A DNA stretch of 64,000 nucleotides from Squalus acanthias. Taxonomy: Eukaryota. The notes under the pieces were generated by a model that was not told the origin of the DNA, did no database searches, and saw only the letters and a program-made list of their open reading frames with translations. Each line of letters begins with the position of its first letter. Positions within the stretch are counted from its first letter, which is position 1. The position numbers were made by a program, and so were the translations under genes. Location of the stretch: the NCBI GenBank assembly GCA_030390025.1, contig CM059439.1, positions 40,858,001-40,922,000 of the forward strand, written 5' to 3'. Below are positions 62,925 through 64,000 of this stretch, one piece after another.

Positions 62925-64000
62925 CTAAACAAGAGAAGTTAAGGATAGTATTAGATTAAAGGAAGAGGCGTATAATGTGACCAAAAAGAATAGTAAGCCA
63001 GAGGATTCGAAGGATTTTAGAATTCAGCAAAGGAGGACCAAGACATTGATAAAGAGAGAGAAAAGAGAATATCAGAGTAAAATATGAAGAGACATAAAAA
63101 CAGATTGTAAAACCTTCTATAGGTATGTAAAAATGAAGAGATTTGCGAAAGTAAACATGGGTCCCTTACAGGCAAAGACTGGGGAAATTATAATGGGGAA
63201 TAAGGAAATAGCAGACACTAAACAAATACTTTGTATCTGTCTTCACGGAAGAAGACACAAAAACATTCCAGAAATAGTGGGGAACCAAGGGTCGAGTGAG
63301 AATGAGGAACTTAAAGAAATTAGTATTAGTAAAGAAATAGTACTGGAGAAATTAATGGGACTAAAAGCCAACAAATCCACTGGACCCGATGGGCTACATC
63401 CGAGGGTTTTAAAAGAGGTGGCTACAGAGATAGTGGATGCATTGGGTTTTGATCTTCCAGAATTCTGTAGATTCTAGAACAGTCCCCGCAGATTGGAAGG
63501 TAGCAAATGTAACCGCACTATTCAAGAAAGGAGGGAACTATAGATCAGTTAGCCTGATATCAGTAGTAGGGAAAATGCTAGAATCTATTATTAGGGGCAT
63601 GGTAACAGGGCACTTAGAAAATCATAATATGATTGGGCAGAGTCAACACAGATTTATGAAGGGAAATCGTGTTTGACAAATCTATTGGAGTTTTTTGAGG
63701 TTGTAACTAGTGGGGTAGATAAAGGGGCACCAGTGGATAAAGTGTAATTGGATTTTCAGAAAACATTTGATAAGGTGCCACACAAGAGGTTATTACACAA
63801 AATTAGGGATCACGGGTTGGGGGTAATATATTAGCATGGATTGAGGATTGGTTAACGGACAGAAAACAGAGAGTAGGAATAAACGGGTCATTTGTGGGTT
63901 GGCAGGCTGTAACTAGTGGGGTACCGCAAGGATCAGTGCTTGGCCCTCAGCTATTCACAATCTACATTAATGATTTGGATGAGGGGACCAAATGTAATAT

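Larger units (their letters stand above)
60130..64000 (+). mobile_element. 5'-complete CR1 LINE (5' UTR, ORF1, ORF2 APE/RT with stops), runs off the window
   Basis: ORF1 from 60479; ORF2 remnants LIAITEMWL, VVIMGNFNFHIDW, PLGSSDHNMIEF and GPDGLHPRVLKE. The 5' boundary is approximate. Confidence 0.93.

Overview
Vertebrate genomic DNA, almost certainly from a shark or other elasmobranch (HE1 V-SINE, Deu-domain SINEs, shark-type CR1/L2/Penelope repeats). The window holds the conserved FAF1-DMRTA2 gene pair, both on the + strand. FAF1 contributes its last two coding exons (UBX domain; 1896-2111 and 19719-19802, separated by a 17.6-kb intron). DMRTA2/DMRT5 is a complete two-coding-exon gene (52933-53356 + 54886-55757; 431 aa). 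Positions 1-40 kb are crowded with nested transposon fossils: CR1, L2, RTE, three SINE families, Penelope-like fragments carrying hammerhead-ribozyme cores, PIF/Harbinger elements and MITEs, a pogo/Tigger transposase and MITE, and a DIRS tyrosine-recombinase relic. Positions ~40.8-60 kb form an almost TE-free, CpG-retaining domain around DMRTA2, which ends at a 5'-complete CR1 LINE. I found nothing that is demonstrably a new biological system. The best leads are an intact-looking minimal hammerhead ribozyme (33973-34009, -), a set of Harbinger two-gene elements plus MITEs with 3-bp TSDs, a 49-bp templated insertion copied from the FAF1 3' region, and candidate DMRTA2 enhancers. All family calls rest on recalled motifs, not database searches, and most TE boundaries are approximate.
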